In this document: piece after piece, positions 1 through 11,169 of the stretch
How positions within the stretch are numbered: the first letter of the stretch is position 1
How the letters are laid out: each line of letters begins with the position of its first letter
Source of the DNA: Amoebophrya sp. A120
Taxonomy: Eukaryota > Protista > Dinoflagellata
Direction of reading: 5' to 3'
Assembly: GCA_905178155.1 (NCBI GenBank)
Contig: CAJINV010000001.1
Coordinates: 3,091,675-3,155,674 of the forward strand
DNA: 64,000 nucleotides
Program-made: the position numbers and the translations under genes
Notes under the pieces: model-generated
What the model saw: only the letters and a program-made list of their open reading frames with translations
Told to the model about the DNA's origin: nothing
The model's database searches: none

Positions 1-168
1 ATGACGAGAAGTCTGAGCAAGCAGCAGATCGATCGCAACACTGTTCTTCTGGTACCAGAACTGTTTTTGCGTTAGCAATGACGCGCTGTTCAGGGCTGCA
101 TTTTCCTGCTTCTTCAGTGCCCGCTTGCTCATCGCCGCGGCCGCGGCGTTTGATCGATTGCTTGGCAT
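1..168 (-). CDS. 5' part of a hypothetical protein running off the window edge
   Basis: ATG at 168 opens MPSNRSNAAAAAMSKRALKKQENAALNSASLLTQKQFWYQ..., open to position 1; same strand as all other genes. Confidence 0.5.
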   Translation of the reverse strand, partial: MPSNRSNAAAAAMSKRALKKQENAALNSASLLTQKQFWYQKNSVAIDLLLAQTSRH

Positions 169-1110
169 GGTGAAATGAGGTGGATGGCGAGGGATTAGCT
201 AGCAGTTTTTCGGCGTTTTCACAAGTGCTGAAGTAAATTCCTCGTCCTGGCTTGCGCAGCACCAGAAAGGAATCGCACCACGATCAATATCTTTTTCAAG
301 TGCTATCCAAACTTCAACATGAACTAGAATTGACTCATCAAGGACATGATCAAGGACTAGGACCTAGGAGATGCTTATATCCTAGCAAAGAATCATAAGA
401 GTAAAGCTCTACTACTGAACGAATTCGAAAGTGCTGTTGTTTGGCGCCTGTTGCGTTTCGTGTGCAAAAAGAAAAGTTTATTATTTAATTTTAAATTTCC
501 TTATATTAAACTGCCGAGGAGAAAAAAATTCCCCTCCTGCTGGGACACACGCCATCAAGGAGCGATAGTTCAACCGATAGCGAAGATACAGATAAATCGA
601 GTTGGATAATTCAGAGCTTGTTGGAGGAATTGATCTTTGTCTTCGCAGCACTGCGTGCGTTTTAGATCGAACTGCGTTTGCGTTGTCTCTGTAATTGCTG
701 CAATGATCACACTCACGGTGAAAATGCATATTAGATAGAAGCTGCGCAAAAAAGTCGTGCTTCTTCGTCAAAACCAGAGCACTTTCTTCTCGTCCTGAAA
801 ATGTTCGACCGTCCGGGAACGCGATCAGTCCTGTTAACCATCCAAGAAGAAGAACCAGTGTGACATTGAAAGTAGGACCGGCACCGGTTGCAGCCAGGAC
901 ATAAAGAACCAGGCAACGAAGATGAGAACACTTGCTTGTATACTTCTGCGTCGCCGGCAAGAGGCCGAAAAAACAGAGACAGACGAAGTAGACCACTTTG
1001 GAAGACAGAGGACTTGTTCGATTTTATGGATAATAAGCGTCGCAGATCTAGTGCACTTGAGCTGTAAAGAGTTGTCGTCTCGTTGCAAAAGGAAACGAAA
1101 ATTAATTTTC

Positions 1111-4035
1111 TCACGCTTGCGGCGTAGCGCGAGCGAGCGCGTGCCACTTCTCCTCGTCGTTAAACGTCGCGAAAGTGAGTGGTTCCCACCTGAATGCTTT
1201 GGTCCTGGTTGCTCCGACCGAGTCGTTATGTCCTTCCGCACGCCCGCTGCCAAAGAACCCGTTCTCGTCGTGAGCCTCCTCCTGGTCCTCGTGGTCCTCT
1301 TCAATGTTTTCGTTTTCTTGGGCCCCGTCCTGTTTGTTTGTAGTCCCTGCGACGCTGGAAGTAGATCCATGCTGGGTTGGCCTTAAAAATACCGCGGCGG
1401 GATCGAAGGCAAAATACGCGGATGAGAAAACAGCGTCCCTTGCCAAAACCGCGTCGCGGCAGGAACTACTACCGTAGGAGCAGGCGACCAGACCACGGTT
1501 GCCGCCGATGCAGCGCACCAAGGGCTTTCTTCGTCCCGTTTTTGCGCCGCAGGCGCCACAGTGCCACAGTGATTCGGGACGTTCGAAACTGGTTTCGTCC
1601 AGGTGCTTAGCGGACAGGCACGTCACAAATGGGTTGGTCGTTGAAGTCGTAGCTGGTGCTGTCCTCGTGGCCTCTAAACTGGATTCTGGTTCTGCAATAT
1701 TAAGATGAACACCTCGTCCGCTCTCAATCTCCTCTGTTTTTCGTTCGAAAATGAACATCGAGTGGCAGGTTGTGGCCCATTGCGCGGGCAGAGGAACGAT
1801 CTTCCGCAAAGAAAACTCCTTGAGCAGCGTCGCGTGAAATTTCCAGTCGGCCGTCATGCCGGTCGCCCATTCCCCCACGTAGACGACCCACCGGCCATTG
1901 AACTTTTGCAAACAGTTCGCAGCCATCGGTTCGGACGGCGGCGGGAAGCACAGAAACAGACAAGTACGGTGTTCGTTGAGAGAAGATGCAACTGCAGACT
2001 CATCGACACCAGCTCCTGGTGCCACTGCTTTATCATCCATCTTTCGTTTTTTCAATCGCTTCATCGCTTTTGCTTTATTTGTTCCCTCATCTACTCCTGC
2101 GGCAGAACGACCCGTAATTGCCGAATGTTCGATTTTTCCGCTAGAAGCGCGTCCACACGACCTGCGATCCAGCAACTCTCGCAACGGTCCCGCTTCCGAA
2201 AAGTCTTCCTTGCACGGCTCGACATCTCGGGCACTAGCGCTGCTTCCGCGTGCACTGTTTGTTTTGTCCTCTTGATCGTCGAAAACCCGCCAGCCGCGGT
2301 AAGGCATCACGTCGAAGGCACGGACAGAGATCTTATGACTGTGTGATGGTGACGAACCCCCAGAAGATGGTGACTTGTTTTTCGCACTTTCCATATCTAG
2401 TAGCCCGCGCCGCAGGAACTCGGCCCAGTAACCCAGACCGGCACCGACCTCGATGAAGGTCGTCGGCACCGTCCTGCCTTCAAGATTGTCGTGTTGGTTT
2501 TCTTTTTCTTTAGCGAGCACGGTTTCCCTCAGACTCGTCAAGACGTTTTCTGTCGGAACCGCGAAGGCGTAGAGGCGTGCCGCCCAGTCGCGCGTCACGT
2601 TCGCATGCAGTTCGACCAGAGCGGGAACAAGATCGTCTTTTACCTGTGCCCGGTAGTGCAGAAACTCCGCCGTGCGCGCTCGGAAGAACTGCAGCAATGG
2701 GTTCCACAGAGAAGATGACGATGTTGGCAGAAGATCATCTGCAGTTTCTTCTTGCTGCGCCTCCTCCCACCTTGTGGCTTGGATGAGTGGGTGGCCCGCA
2801 AAAACTGCTTGTATCTTCGAGGAGTTTTGCACCACAGCGTCGTACAATTCGTGTGGCTGTCTATTCGACAGCGCCGTTTCCGGCCGTTCCCCGGGTTTGT
2901 CCGCTGCAAGCGCCGTCAAACTGTCAAAATACAGCTCATCCAAGTCCCGCACAAAGTGGAAGTACGGACGCCCCAGCTTCTTCCAAGGTTTGCGCTTTAG
3001 ACTGGTCTGCAACAGCGTCAAAAGCTTCTGTGCGTGGTTCACGTTGTCACCCAAGACGGTGGCCCTCCCTTTATAATTGATGTTACTGTTTTTGCCCCGT
3101 AGTTCTTCTGCGGCCGCTGAAGTTCTTCCATTTGACAATGGCACAGCCATCCGAGACGAAGTTCTTGTCTCTGCTCGAGGCGGGGAAAGAACTGCGACAG
3201 CGGTCGAAAGGTACTCTATGATGTGCTTTATCAGATTCGGAAGCAGTTTTGGCAGCTGTTTATTCGTGTTCGGCTTTCCGTCTATTTCACGTGTTGATGA
3301 AGCCAAGAAACTATCCAGCAGCAACTGCCCGCTCTCGTACAGCGGCAATGCGGTCCGCAGGGTTTCAAACGCGTCCGTAACGGACTGAAATTCGATGCCA
3401 CTTGTAGTTCTCGCATCTATTTTTGCCCCCGGCTTCCCGTTTTGATGTTCGGCGTTGTCTATGCGCTCCTTCAAACTCGCAAGACTATCGTCCAGCGCGG
3501 ACCCTTTTTCGCTCGAGACGAACTTGCGTGCCTGTTGCAGGAGCGCCGTGAGCTCGCGCTTTTCGGCAGCCTCTCTTCGTCGCTTCTTGCTTTTCCGCGA
3601 AACCGCGCAAGAAGTCTCGATGTTGTCATTGTGGTCAATGCGCCGATCCTGTTGTTTTCCGGCTCGGGCTCCTTCTAGTTCTGCATTTTTTTGTGCATGA
3701 AGAACCTCGGCGAGGTTAGGCTCGTCAGATCTGACAGTACAGGCATTGTCCACAACTGCCCCGTCGTTATTCCGCTGACCATTCCTTCTATTCTCCTTGG
3801 AATCCGTGGCAGCTGCGCCGTCTTTATCATCGCCCACGACGGCTTGTCCATCACCAACGGCCACCTTCTGCCGCTTGTTGGTAGTGGTGGTGGAGGTCTC
3901 AACACCGTTATTGATGGTGGCAGGCGGTAGGTTTGATGACTTTGATACCTGGGTAATTGTCACTCCCGGGTGCACGAAAGCGGGGCGAACTTTTCGCGCA
4001 CCGGGTGCGATCGTTGGCCGGAAAATCAAGGACAT
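1111..4035 (-). CDS. Class I SAM-methyltransferase-like protein with C-terminal Cys-rich (MYND-like) segment
   Basis: 974-aa ORF; FIEVGAGLGYWAEFL (motif I-like), VRAFD, LFLCFPPP, VVYVGEW; C-terminal CGAC..LVRC..C..C. Confidence 0.6.
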   Translation of the reverse strand: MSLIFRPTIAPGARKVRPAFVHPGVTITQVSKSSNLPPATINNGVETSTTTTNKRQKVAVGDGQAVVGDDKDGAAATDSKENRRNGQRNNDGAVVDNACTVRSDEPNLAEVLHAQKNAELEGARAGKQQDRRIDHNDNIETSCAVSRKSKKRRREAAEKRELTALLQQARKFVSSEKGSALDDSLASLKERIDNAEHQNGKPGAKIDARTTSGIEFQSVTDAFETLRTALPLYESGQLLLDSFLASSTREIDGKPNTNKQLPKLLPNLIKHIIEYLSTAVAVLSPPRAETRTSSRMAVPLSNGRTSAAAEELRGKNSNINYKGRATVLGDNVNHAQKLLTLLQTSLKRKPWKKLGRPYFHFVRDLDELYFDSLTALAADKPGERPETALSNRQPHELYDAVVQNSSKIQAVFAGHPLIQATRWEEAQQEETADDLLPTSSSSLWNPLLQFFRARTAEFLHYRAQVKDDLVPALVELHANVTRDWAARLYAFAVPTENVLTSLRETVLAKEKENQHDNLEGRTVPTTFIEVGAGLGYWAEFLRRGLLDMESAKNKSPSSGGSSPSHSHKISVRAFDVMPYRGWRVFDDQEDKTNSARGSSASARDVEPCKEDFSEAGPLRELLDRRSCGRASSGKIEHSAITGRSAAGVDEGTNKAKAMKRLKKRKMDDKAVAPGAGVDESAVASSLNEHRTCLFLCFPPPSEPMAANCLQKFNGRWVVYVGEWATGMTADWKFHATLLKEFSLRKIVPLPAQWATTCHSMFIFERKTEEIESGRGVHLNIAEPESSLEATRTAPATTSTTNPFVTCLSAKHLDETSFERPESLWHCGACGAKTGRRKPLVRCIGGNRGLVACSYGSSSCRDAVLARDAVFSSAYFAFDPAAVFLRPTQHGSTSSVAGTTNKQDGAQENENIEEDHEDQEEAHDENGFFGSGRAEGHNDSVGATRTKAFRWEPLTFATFNDEEKWHALARATPQA

Positions 4036-4537
4036 CTCGCAGAAGACTTTCTGATACTGTTATTCTTATTTTTCAATCAAGCATCCGCGTATGCCAGCGA
4101 GGAGGAAGATCGCTACCAAATCCAAACAAATTAAACTTAAAGACCAAAAACTCCAGATCTTAAACGACCAAATCTGAAGAGACTGCGCCTGTGTGATTAC
4201 GATACGGACCATCAAATGTTAACCAAAGAGCAGCTTCTTTCATTCTGAGTTGTCCGAAAACTTGGAGATCCATCCACCATCCTTCATACCTCAACGGAAC
4301 TCAAACCTCAATCTTGCAGCGAGCTACTCTTCCTGGAGTTGACGTAAAGATCCTCATTGTGATGACATGCAGCGAGCTTATTTCGTGCGTACTACACAAA
4401 GATGATCTACTCGTAGATTTTCGATTTCAAACTTTCGTAATTACCGTCTCCTAAGATCTGACTCTGAGATCCTATTTATTCTTTTTGTTTTTTCGGTTAA
4501 CAACTCTTGGCCGCAAAAAATGCATGTTGGATCGGAA

Positions 4538-4762
4538 TATCAGACTGCACAAGTCCCCTCGCCCTAATTTGGATTGCATCCATAGCAACACAGACTCTGG
4601 ATCTGGAAGAGATGCAGCTTTTGCATGACAAATAAATTGGTGACCGATTCTAGTGCTGTTTCGGCTTCCGGAATCTCTCACGCAAGCAGTGCCAAGAGGC
4701 AACGGCTGGATTTGGTATTGTGCATGACAAATGAGGGGGTGGGGGAGTTGTGTACTCTCATA
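4538..4762. mobile_element. TIR element (family H, 225 bp) in non-coding DNA, imperfect TSD
   Basis: Left tatcagactgcacaagtcccctcgccc vs reverse complement of right end tatgagagtacacaactcccccacccc; flanks cggaa/cagaa; two internal gcatgacaaa motifs. Confidence 0.75.
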
Positions 4763-5149
4763 CAGAACCCAGAGTAACTAGAACAAACGCGTCATTCTGA
4801 TGGCCTCTCGTCGTGCTAGCTTTGGCCCTTTTTTCCGGAGCCTTGTCGCATCGAGGGACGAGATCAGGTGGTCGCGGACGTGGAGCGCATACTCTGCATC
4901 ATGAAAAGAACGTGATTGTCGCTTTAATGGTTTGAAGAAGAACGACTCGTGCAGGTATACCATCAGCGTAGCATGTACACAAGCACGAGCAGAAGTCGCC
5001 AGAAATCAGGTGAACAACAAAGATAGCCATCATTTGATTTTATTAAACAACATACACAACGACCAAGGACTCACGTCGATGTGCGCAGGATGAAAGTCGA
5101 CCTGTACTTCCTGCTTTCAGCACTACAGAAGTACTGATACGTCGCACCA

Positions 5150-5938
5150 TCATCTTCCTTTCCCGATCAATTTTTCTTTGGCTTCGTTAATTTTTGTCGC
5201 GATGAACGTACTGCCGCCGCGGTCCGGGTGGTTGCGGAGCAGCAGCTCGCGGTGCTTTTTCCTCACCGAATCCTTGTCGATTTGGGTCATTTTCAGGTCG
5301 AGAATCTTCAACGCTTCCCGTCGGCTCATCTCCTTCTCAAAACCCTCCATCGTGTTCCAGGACAGCGAGTTACGCCATTTCGTGAACAGTTGACCCAAGT
5401 CAATAGTCCCCTGCTCTCCGGCTGATTTCCCAGCTGCAGCGCCCTCTGCTGCTGCTCCACTTCCTCCTGCTGTACCACCCGCAGCTGCGCCCCCTCCGGC
5501 GCCGAAGGACGGGAACGTTGGCGCCCGCATGCCCGCACGCTGTGCGGCCCCAAGCGCGTAGCGCAACCCAAAGGCACCGAAGCCCACCCCGAGTCCCAAC
5601 ACCATCGCCACCGCTGCCCAGTCCGTTTGGCCCGCGGTCGTGCCCGTGCGGGTGCGCGCCGTCGGAATTTGGCTTGCAGAAGCCGGGTGCTGGGGTCCAC
5701 CTTGTTGTGGTGACCTGCCGTTGTTCTGCTGGGTACTATTGTGACCGGAAAGTGTTGCTGAGGCCTTGCTCGACGATGTAGCACCGTTCATATTATTCCT
5801 TCCCGTGCTCGACGCGCCACCGCCACTTTGTAGGTGGGGCGGAAGGTCGCTGTCCGCAAACATAATCTCGGACGGCAGACCGCGTGCGATTTCACTCGTA
5901 GGCCCGGCTGACATCTTCAGACTGTGCTGGACGGACAT
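5150..5938 (-). CDS. PAM18: Mitochondrial import motor J-protein PAM18/Tim14 (DNAJC19-like)
   Basis: TM segment, then [15 protein letters not shown]...[25 protein letters not shown]: HPD J-domain with the Tim14 signature. Confidence 0.9.
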   Translation of the reverse strand: MSVQHSLKMSAGPTSEIARGLPSEIMFADSDLPPHLQSGGGASSTGRNNMNGATSSSKASATLSGHNSTQQNNGRSPQQGGPQHPASASQIPTARTRTGTTAGQTDWAAVAMVLGLGVGFGAFGLRYALGAAQRAGMRAPTFPSFGAGGGAAAGGTAGGSGAAAEGAAAGKSAGEQGTIDLGQLFTKWRNSLSWNTMEGFEKEMSRREALKILDLKMTQIDKDSVRKKHRELLLRNHPDRGGSTFIATKINEAKEKLIGKGR

Positions 5939-6857
5939 TATTCTTCAATTATAACAAACTCGAGAGGTTTTTTTGCGGAAGATCTCTCGTTTACGTTTAG
6001 TGTCCGTAGAAGTAGCTGCTCTGCCGAGGAGGGGAATTCTTTTCGTCGCTGAGGATACGAAGATGAAGAACGAAGAGTTTTACGAGGGGCAGGGAGGACC
6101 TGAGCCAGCAAAAAAAAAACACGTATGTCTATGTACTTGCCAGGATGAGGATGAGCCGATGTACTTTTAGTTTTGAGTTTTCGAGAAGAATTCAGGGCCT
6201 ATTTATTGCTCGGGTGCCCCAATCTCAACGGATTGCTTGTTCCGTTGCCTGATGGGGGCAGCGCGGGAACATGTAGGAGATTGTGATCCTCCCGAGCGGC
6301 GACAGGACAAAAGAGGTTCGCTTCGAGTTCAAAAAGTCGCTGGGTACGTCGGAAATGAAAATTGCATTTTTTTGGTACTGTCGTAGTCCGAAAAACAATA
6401 GCATACCATTGACGGTGTTTCCAGTATGCCTGCTATGCCTGAGTGGCTAAAGAAAGGCAGCCAAAAAGAAGATCAAGTTCACGATCTTGGACGTTTTTAT
6501 TTTTTGGATTTCGAATATGAATATGACGCTACTCGAGTGATCTGCTTCTTTGTCAAAAAGTGCTCAGCGCTCGTTCTATGATCTTCACATGATGTGCCAC
6601 CAGTGCCTGAAATCAGACATCCAGAACACAATGAGAATGACAATGACTCAATGTCGATTGGTATACCACTTACCAAACCACAGAATACACAGAAAGTCCT
6701 TTCTTCAGCTGCAGTGCCAGCTGTATGGTTTGCTGTTCATGTGCGTCCGTGGTGCGTTGTTGTCATCACTAGCAAGCGCTTCTGTTACGGATACGGGATA
6801 AGGCAGGATATATTTCTTCAACTATCATGCTCGCCGCCCACAAGAAAATGTGCCTTT

Positions 6858-8312
6858 TTATTTGCGGTGGTCCTCTTTCAAAACCGAATCCTCACTCTGG
6901 CTCGCCGATGCCGGTGGTCCTGGACCTGGTCGACGTGAACGAAGGTCGGTACTAGGCTGGTTCTGCGACTGTGCACCACTGCTTTCCTGTACTGCTCTTG
7001 AAGTAGACATCTCGACGCCAGCAGGGCTGCTGGTAGGGGATGTCAGCGTCGCGGTCGCAGTAGATGAGGACACAACAGTACCTGTCTCCCCTCCAACGAT
7101 CGCGGTACCCTCGGTCACAACCGCGCCAGCGGCGACGGCCAACACGTACCGACCCTCGAACTTCGTGCCGTCCCCAAACTCCTTTACGTCGGGCGGCCGC
7201 AGCGAAAAGAACGTTCGCCACCACCGTTTCCCGAAAATCTGCTGAAAATTTCCCAACACGCTCCTGGTGGACCACGTGACGAGATTCGGGTCCGCCTTCT
7301 CCCGCCGCTTCTCGCACCACTCTAGGGTCGTCAGATTGTTCGCCACGAGGAAGAGGTGAAAGGAGAAAAACCCGGCAAAAACGATCAAAAAGGCGCACTC
7401 GGTAACCAGAATGATCGTCACCGGCGCGGAATACACGAACCGAAGCAGCGCGTGCAGAGTGAAAATCCAGAGGCGCTGGGCAATCGTCGGGGTGGCATGA
7501 TCCACGTCTTTCTCGCCAACGCCATCTAACATCTGCTCCAATTCTTTTACGTCCTGCAGACCGACCGCCAACTCCAAGCTCTCTCGCACCTCAAGAAATA
7601 TTCCGTCTACGAGTTGTAATTGCGCGGCGCGCAGATCTCTTTTCGCCTTAGCGTCGACCTTACTTGACAAAATCTCCAGCAGCGCCAACTCCTCCTCGAC
7701 GTCGGCTACTTCCGCCCCGAGTTCACGCAGATTTACGTACACCATCGCACCGAGCGTGACGACGATCCAGAAGAGCAACATGACGAAGAAGCGATGGTTG
7801 CGAAACCCGATGCAGGTCCCAACCCAGGGACAGTGGTGGTCCATCTTCAGGACGCAGGTGTCGCACTTGCGGCAGTGGTGGCTCCGGTCGGGCTTGTACA
7901 GCTGACACCGCCGGCAGAACCGCGGCTCGCCGCTGCTCGCCTTGCACTCCAGGGTGTCCACGTCCCCGTCGAGCCACTCGTCAGTGGCGGGGATCTTCCC
8001 GGGGTGGGTCCACGCCGCGAGCGCATAGTTCGCCACCAAGAAGAAGGTGCAGAATGAAATGAAAATTGGAGTGAAAATATTGTACAGCTGGTTCAGGACA
8101 TCATCAACGTGCAAATAAGACGAGAGGGACCTCGAAGTTGTTGTAGAGTTCTTATCTGCCTCAGGAGTTGTTGTGCCATCCGTTGCCGCTCTGGCTCTGA
8201 ACTTGACGAACCAAAGCCACAGCCAGCTTAGGTAAAAGTACGCGATGATGCTGCAGGTGAGAAGCACGAACAGGTTCTCTTTTTTGCACCGAGAGCGAAG
8301 AAAGTTCTTCAT
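6858..8312 (-). CDS. DHHC palmitoyltransferase
   Basis: CRRCQLYKPDRSHHCRKCDTCVLKMDHHCPWVGTCIGFRNHRFF, NLTTLE motif, several TM segments. Confidence 0.95.
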   Translation of the reverse strand: MKNFLRSRCKKENLFVLLTCSIIAYFYLSWLWLWFVKFRARAATDGTTTPEADKNSTTTSRSLSSYLHVDDVLNQLYNIFTPIFISFCTFFLVANYALAAWTHPGKIPATDEWLDGDVDTLECKASSGEPRFCRRCQLYKPDRSHHCRKCDTCVLKMDHHCPWVGTCIGFRNHRFFVMLLFWIVVTLGAMVYVNLRELGAEVADVEEELALLEILSSKVDAKAKRDLRAAQLQLVDGIFLEVRESLELAVGLQDVKELEQMLDGVGEKDVDHATPTIAQRLWIFTLHALLRFVYSAPVTIILVTECAFLIVFAGFFSFHLFLVANNLTTLEWCEKRREKADPNLVTWSTRSVLGNFQQIFGKRWWRTFFSLRPPDVKEFGDGTKFEGRYVLAVAAGAVVTEGTAIVGGETGTVVSSSTATATLTSPTSSPAGVEMSTSRAVQESSGAQSQNQPSTDLRSRRPGPGPPASASQSEDSVLKEDHRK

Positions 8313-9144
8313 TTTATTAAATTCGGTGTATCTGGGTAAGGGCGTATGTGCCTGCGTAGGGTACTCAAGTATTCCGAGGCAAAAAAAAAAAATGAAGGTT
8401 ACGACCTACATACTTACATAAAAAAGTGTCGTGCATCGGAGACAACTGAGTTTGTTCTTCGGAATGACAACAAGACCGGGCTGCACGAATGATATTGATA
8501 TTCTCGTTCAACATATACGTGCTGACGATGCTGACGAAGACGAAGATTCAAGAGGAGTTATCCCGTATGAGCATGAACGCACAACAAAGAGAAAAACTGG
8601 TTAACGACGATGATGGTGCAGATGCTCCGTATGCGTCAACGAATACTGTACGATATTGGTGTTGGTGTTCTGCACGATTTTATTAATTTTTCCGACGACG
8701 TGCACGTAGACGTACTACTATTTTTACACGAAGATACTACTTTAGATGATTTCTCGTAGAGCTAGAGGTCGAAGAACGACCATACACATAAAACAAAAGC
8801 GAACCATGCACTTCCAAGTCCTTTTTGATGCCTATGCAAAAGTAGCTGCTCGTATTCCTATAGCAAAGGCGGATGCTCGCCTGCTAATGCAGCGTGTTCT
8901 CTTTCATGGAAATAAAACGAGCCCGGCTCTGTGCCTCTGCGGAAGATACGGATTTGGTTTGTTTTTGTTACACCATGATGCATTCATTTCAACACACGCC
9001 ACCTCAACGATGGAGCTGTGCTGGAAGGGTAATCGTTTCGAGTGGAAACGACAGCGATCCAGGGGGTGTGCAACGGTCTACTCATCTGTGCGATTCTAGT
9101 TTTATCTGGTTCAAAAAATTCCCTGGTGATTGTACGTGTTTGAT

Positions 9145-10791
9145 TTACTCGTCTATCAGCGAGATGATTTTCTTCACCCCCATGACCCGCCCCTCGTCCT
9201 CCACTTCCTTGGAGCGGCCGTGCTTCAAAATGCTCTCCGCGACATCCACCATGGAGGGGTACGCCGCCCGAATCAGGTGGTTCGCATGGATGCAGATGGA
9301 CGCGCCTGCCTTTGCCAACTCCTCTTCGGTGAGGCTGTTGTAGCTGGTGGGAACGACCACGAGCGGTTTCTTGTTTGGAAACTTGTTGTACTGCTCCATA
9401 AAGGAAAGCACCTCGTCCGGCTTCTTCTCCTTGCTGTGAATCATGATGCCATCGACCTGAAATTGGATGTTTGGACCTAGATAGAGTTGCTTGACTTCTT
9501 CATCTTCATCTCCTCCAAAAAGACCTTTTCATATTCATACATCCAATAACTTCGTTAATATTTGGCGTGAAAAAAAAGAATCAACACTGCTCACACGACC
9601 GCTGCGAGATATTGATTTGAATTTACGCGACGACCATCAACATGATGATGATTCATCCTACTTTTCCCTCCTCGATGTACGCCTTTGCCCTTTTCAGTGC
9701 TTCCTCTTCGCCCGCGCCCGCGATCAGGGCTTCCAGTCGTGCTATGATCATAAAGTCCGGATTTTGTTTGGCCGCCTGCCCCACGGTATCAAATGCAAAA
9801 ATGTCTGGGTCTAGAAGAATGCAAGTTTGTCATGCTTGTCTGGCAGGACTCGAGAGTCTGTGTTGCATAGGCACGAAAGAGCCCTCTTAACTGTCATGGG
9901 AAAAGGCAGTTTTCCATGCGGAATACGTGAGACATGGCAGCCACAAAATTTGTCATGCATAGCTGCGTATTGCGGCGCGTCTATCATTCACTTCTAGCAT
10001 TAGAAGTTTCCAGACCCAGACAATTTTGCATTTCATACACGGCTAGCTTGTGCGAAAATTCGCGAATGTCCGCAAGGTTTTGCTTCCTGTCTGTGCCGAA
10101 CAAACTGTTTTGCTTGAGCCCGCTCTTGTCCTCGATGATACAAGCGGACACGCCGAGGGACTCCAGTTTGCGAACCGTGAACTTGAAAATCTCTGGCAGC
10201 CCGCCCGTGTCTCCATCGTAGATCATCGGCTTGGTCGTCACCTGTTTTGTCGATGAAATCAATGTCGGGTTTCATGGTGATCACCTTTTTCGCCAAAAAA
10301 ATTTGGATCATTTTGTTATGAGTCATTTATTGGTCCAATTGTCCTAATTGCTCTATTCATCTAATCTACCTCGAGACAATCTTCGACGATTTGTATTCTC
10401 TGGGTGGTGTATCCTGTGTAAAAGTATCGTACTCGTACTAATTGCGTTTATGCATTACAAATCTAGTTCCTAAGGCAAATCCGCATTACAAATTAAAGTT
10501 GTAATGCTGAGCCAATTTGTATTGCAATTTGTACTAGTACGTTACTTTTGCAGTTCATATGGTGTCCACGACCTCGATGTCAGGTTTTGCCTTTATCGTC
10601 GACGAGGTCAAGGAGCTGGACCACAACGCGTCAAATTGGGCGATGCTCCCGTCCGCCCGTTCCGCTTTTGCTTTTTCTGCAATCAGTGCACTCAGTCCGC
10701 TGTGGCATTCCATCGCACGCACGATGGGTTTTTCCTTTATCAGCTTACGCAGCGACCCAAGCCGCTGCACGCAAGACACGAGGTTCGCCAT
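9145..10791 (-). CDS. pepM: Phosphoenolpyruvate mutase; 5 exons (GT-AG introns 10242-10369 and 9457-9661, plus 2 TIR introners)
   Basis: Spliced protein has WSSSLTSS, DGDTGG, the catalytic motif EDKSGLKQNS (EDKx5NS), IIARLEALI, MIHSK, VVVPTSY, ANHLIRA. Confidence 0.9.
9787..10037. mobile_element. TIR introner, family A (252-bp class), in pepM
   Basis: TSD cacgg; TIR tat(c/g)aaatgcaaaa(a/t)tgtctgggtct; excision gives HKLAV-GQAAKQNPDF. Confidence 0.92.
10410..10559. mobile_element. TIR introner, family B (150 bp), in pepM
   Basis: TSD tggtg; TIR core aaaagta(t/a)cgtact(c/a)gtac; excision gives DIEVVDT-TQRIQIVED. Confidence 0.9.
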
Positions 10792-11169
10792 TTTTTTCCT
10801 TGCTTGTTTTTCTTGAAGAATAGAATGTTGAGTAGGTTTGACGGTGCGAAAAGTGAAATTCAAATTCTTCTATTCACCGAGAGTCTACTTACGTTCTTGC
10901 ACACATTCATATGGGATGAAATCCAATTGGATTCCGGATCGGGATTGTTGTTTTCTGCTACAACTCCACTTCTACTTACTCGCTCAAGGACGTACGTGCT
11001 CCGCAAACCAGAACAACAAGACGCAGTCTACAGAAAGTGAACACACTTCTAGAACGAAGCATCAGCCCAGGTCACTTCACGCGTAGCGTGCAGCGGGCGG
11101 GCACTCCGCTTGTCGTGTCGCACACTGGTGCTCAGAGTTCATTATTTTTCATCTCTCATTTGGTTCGTT

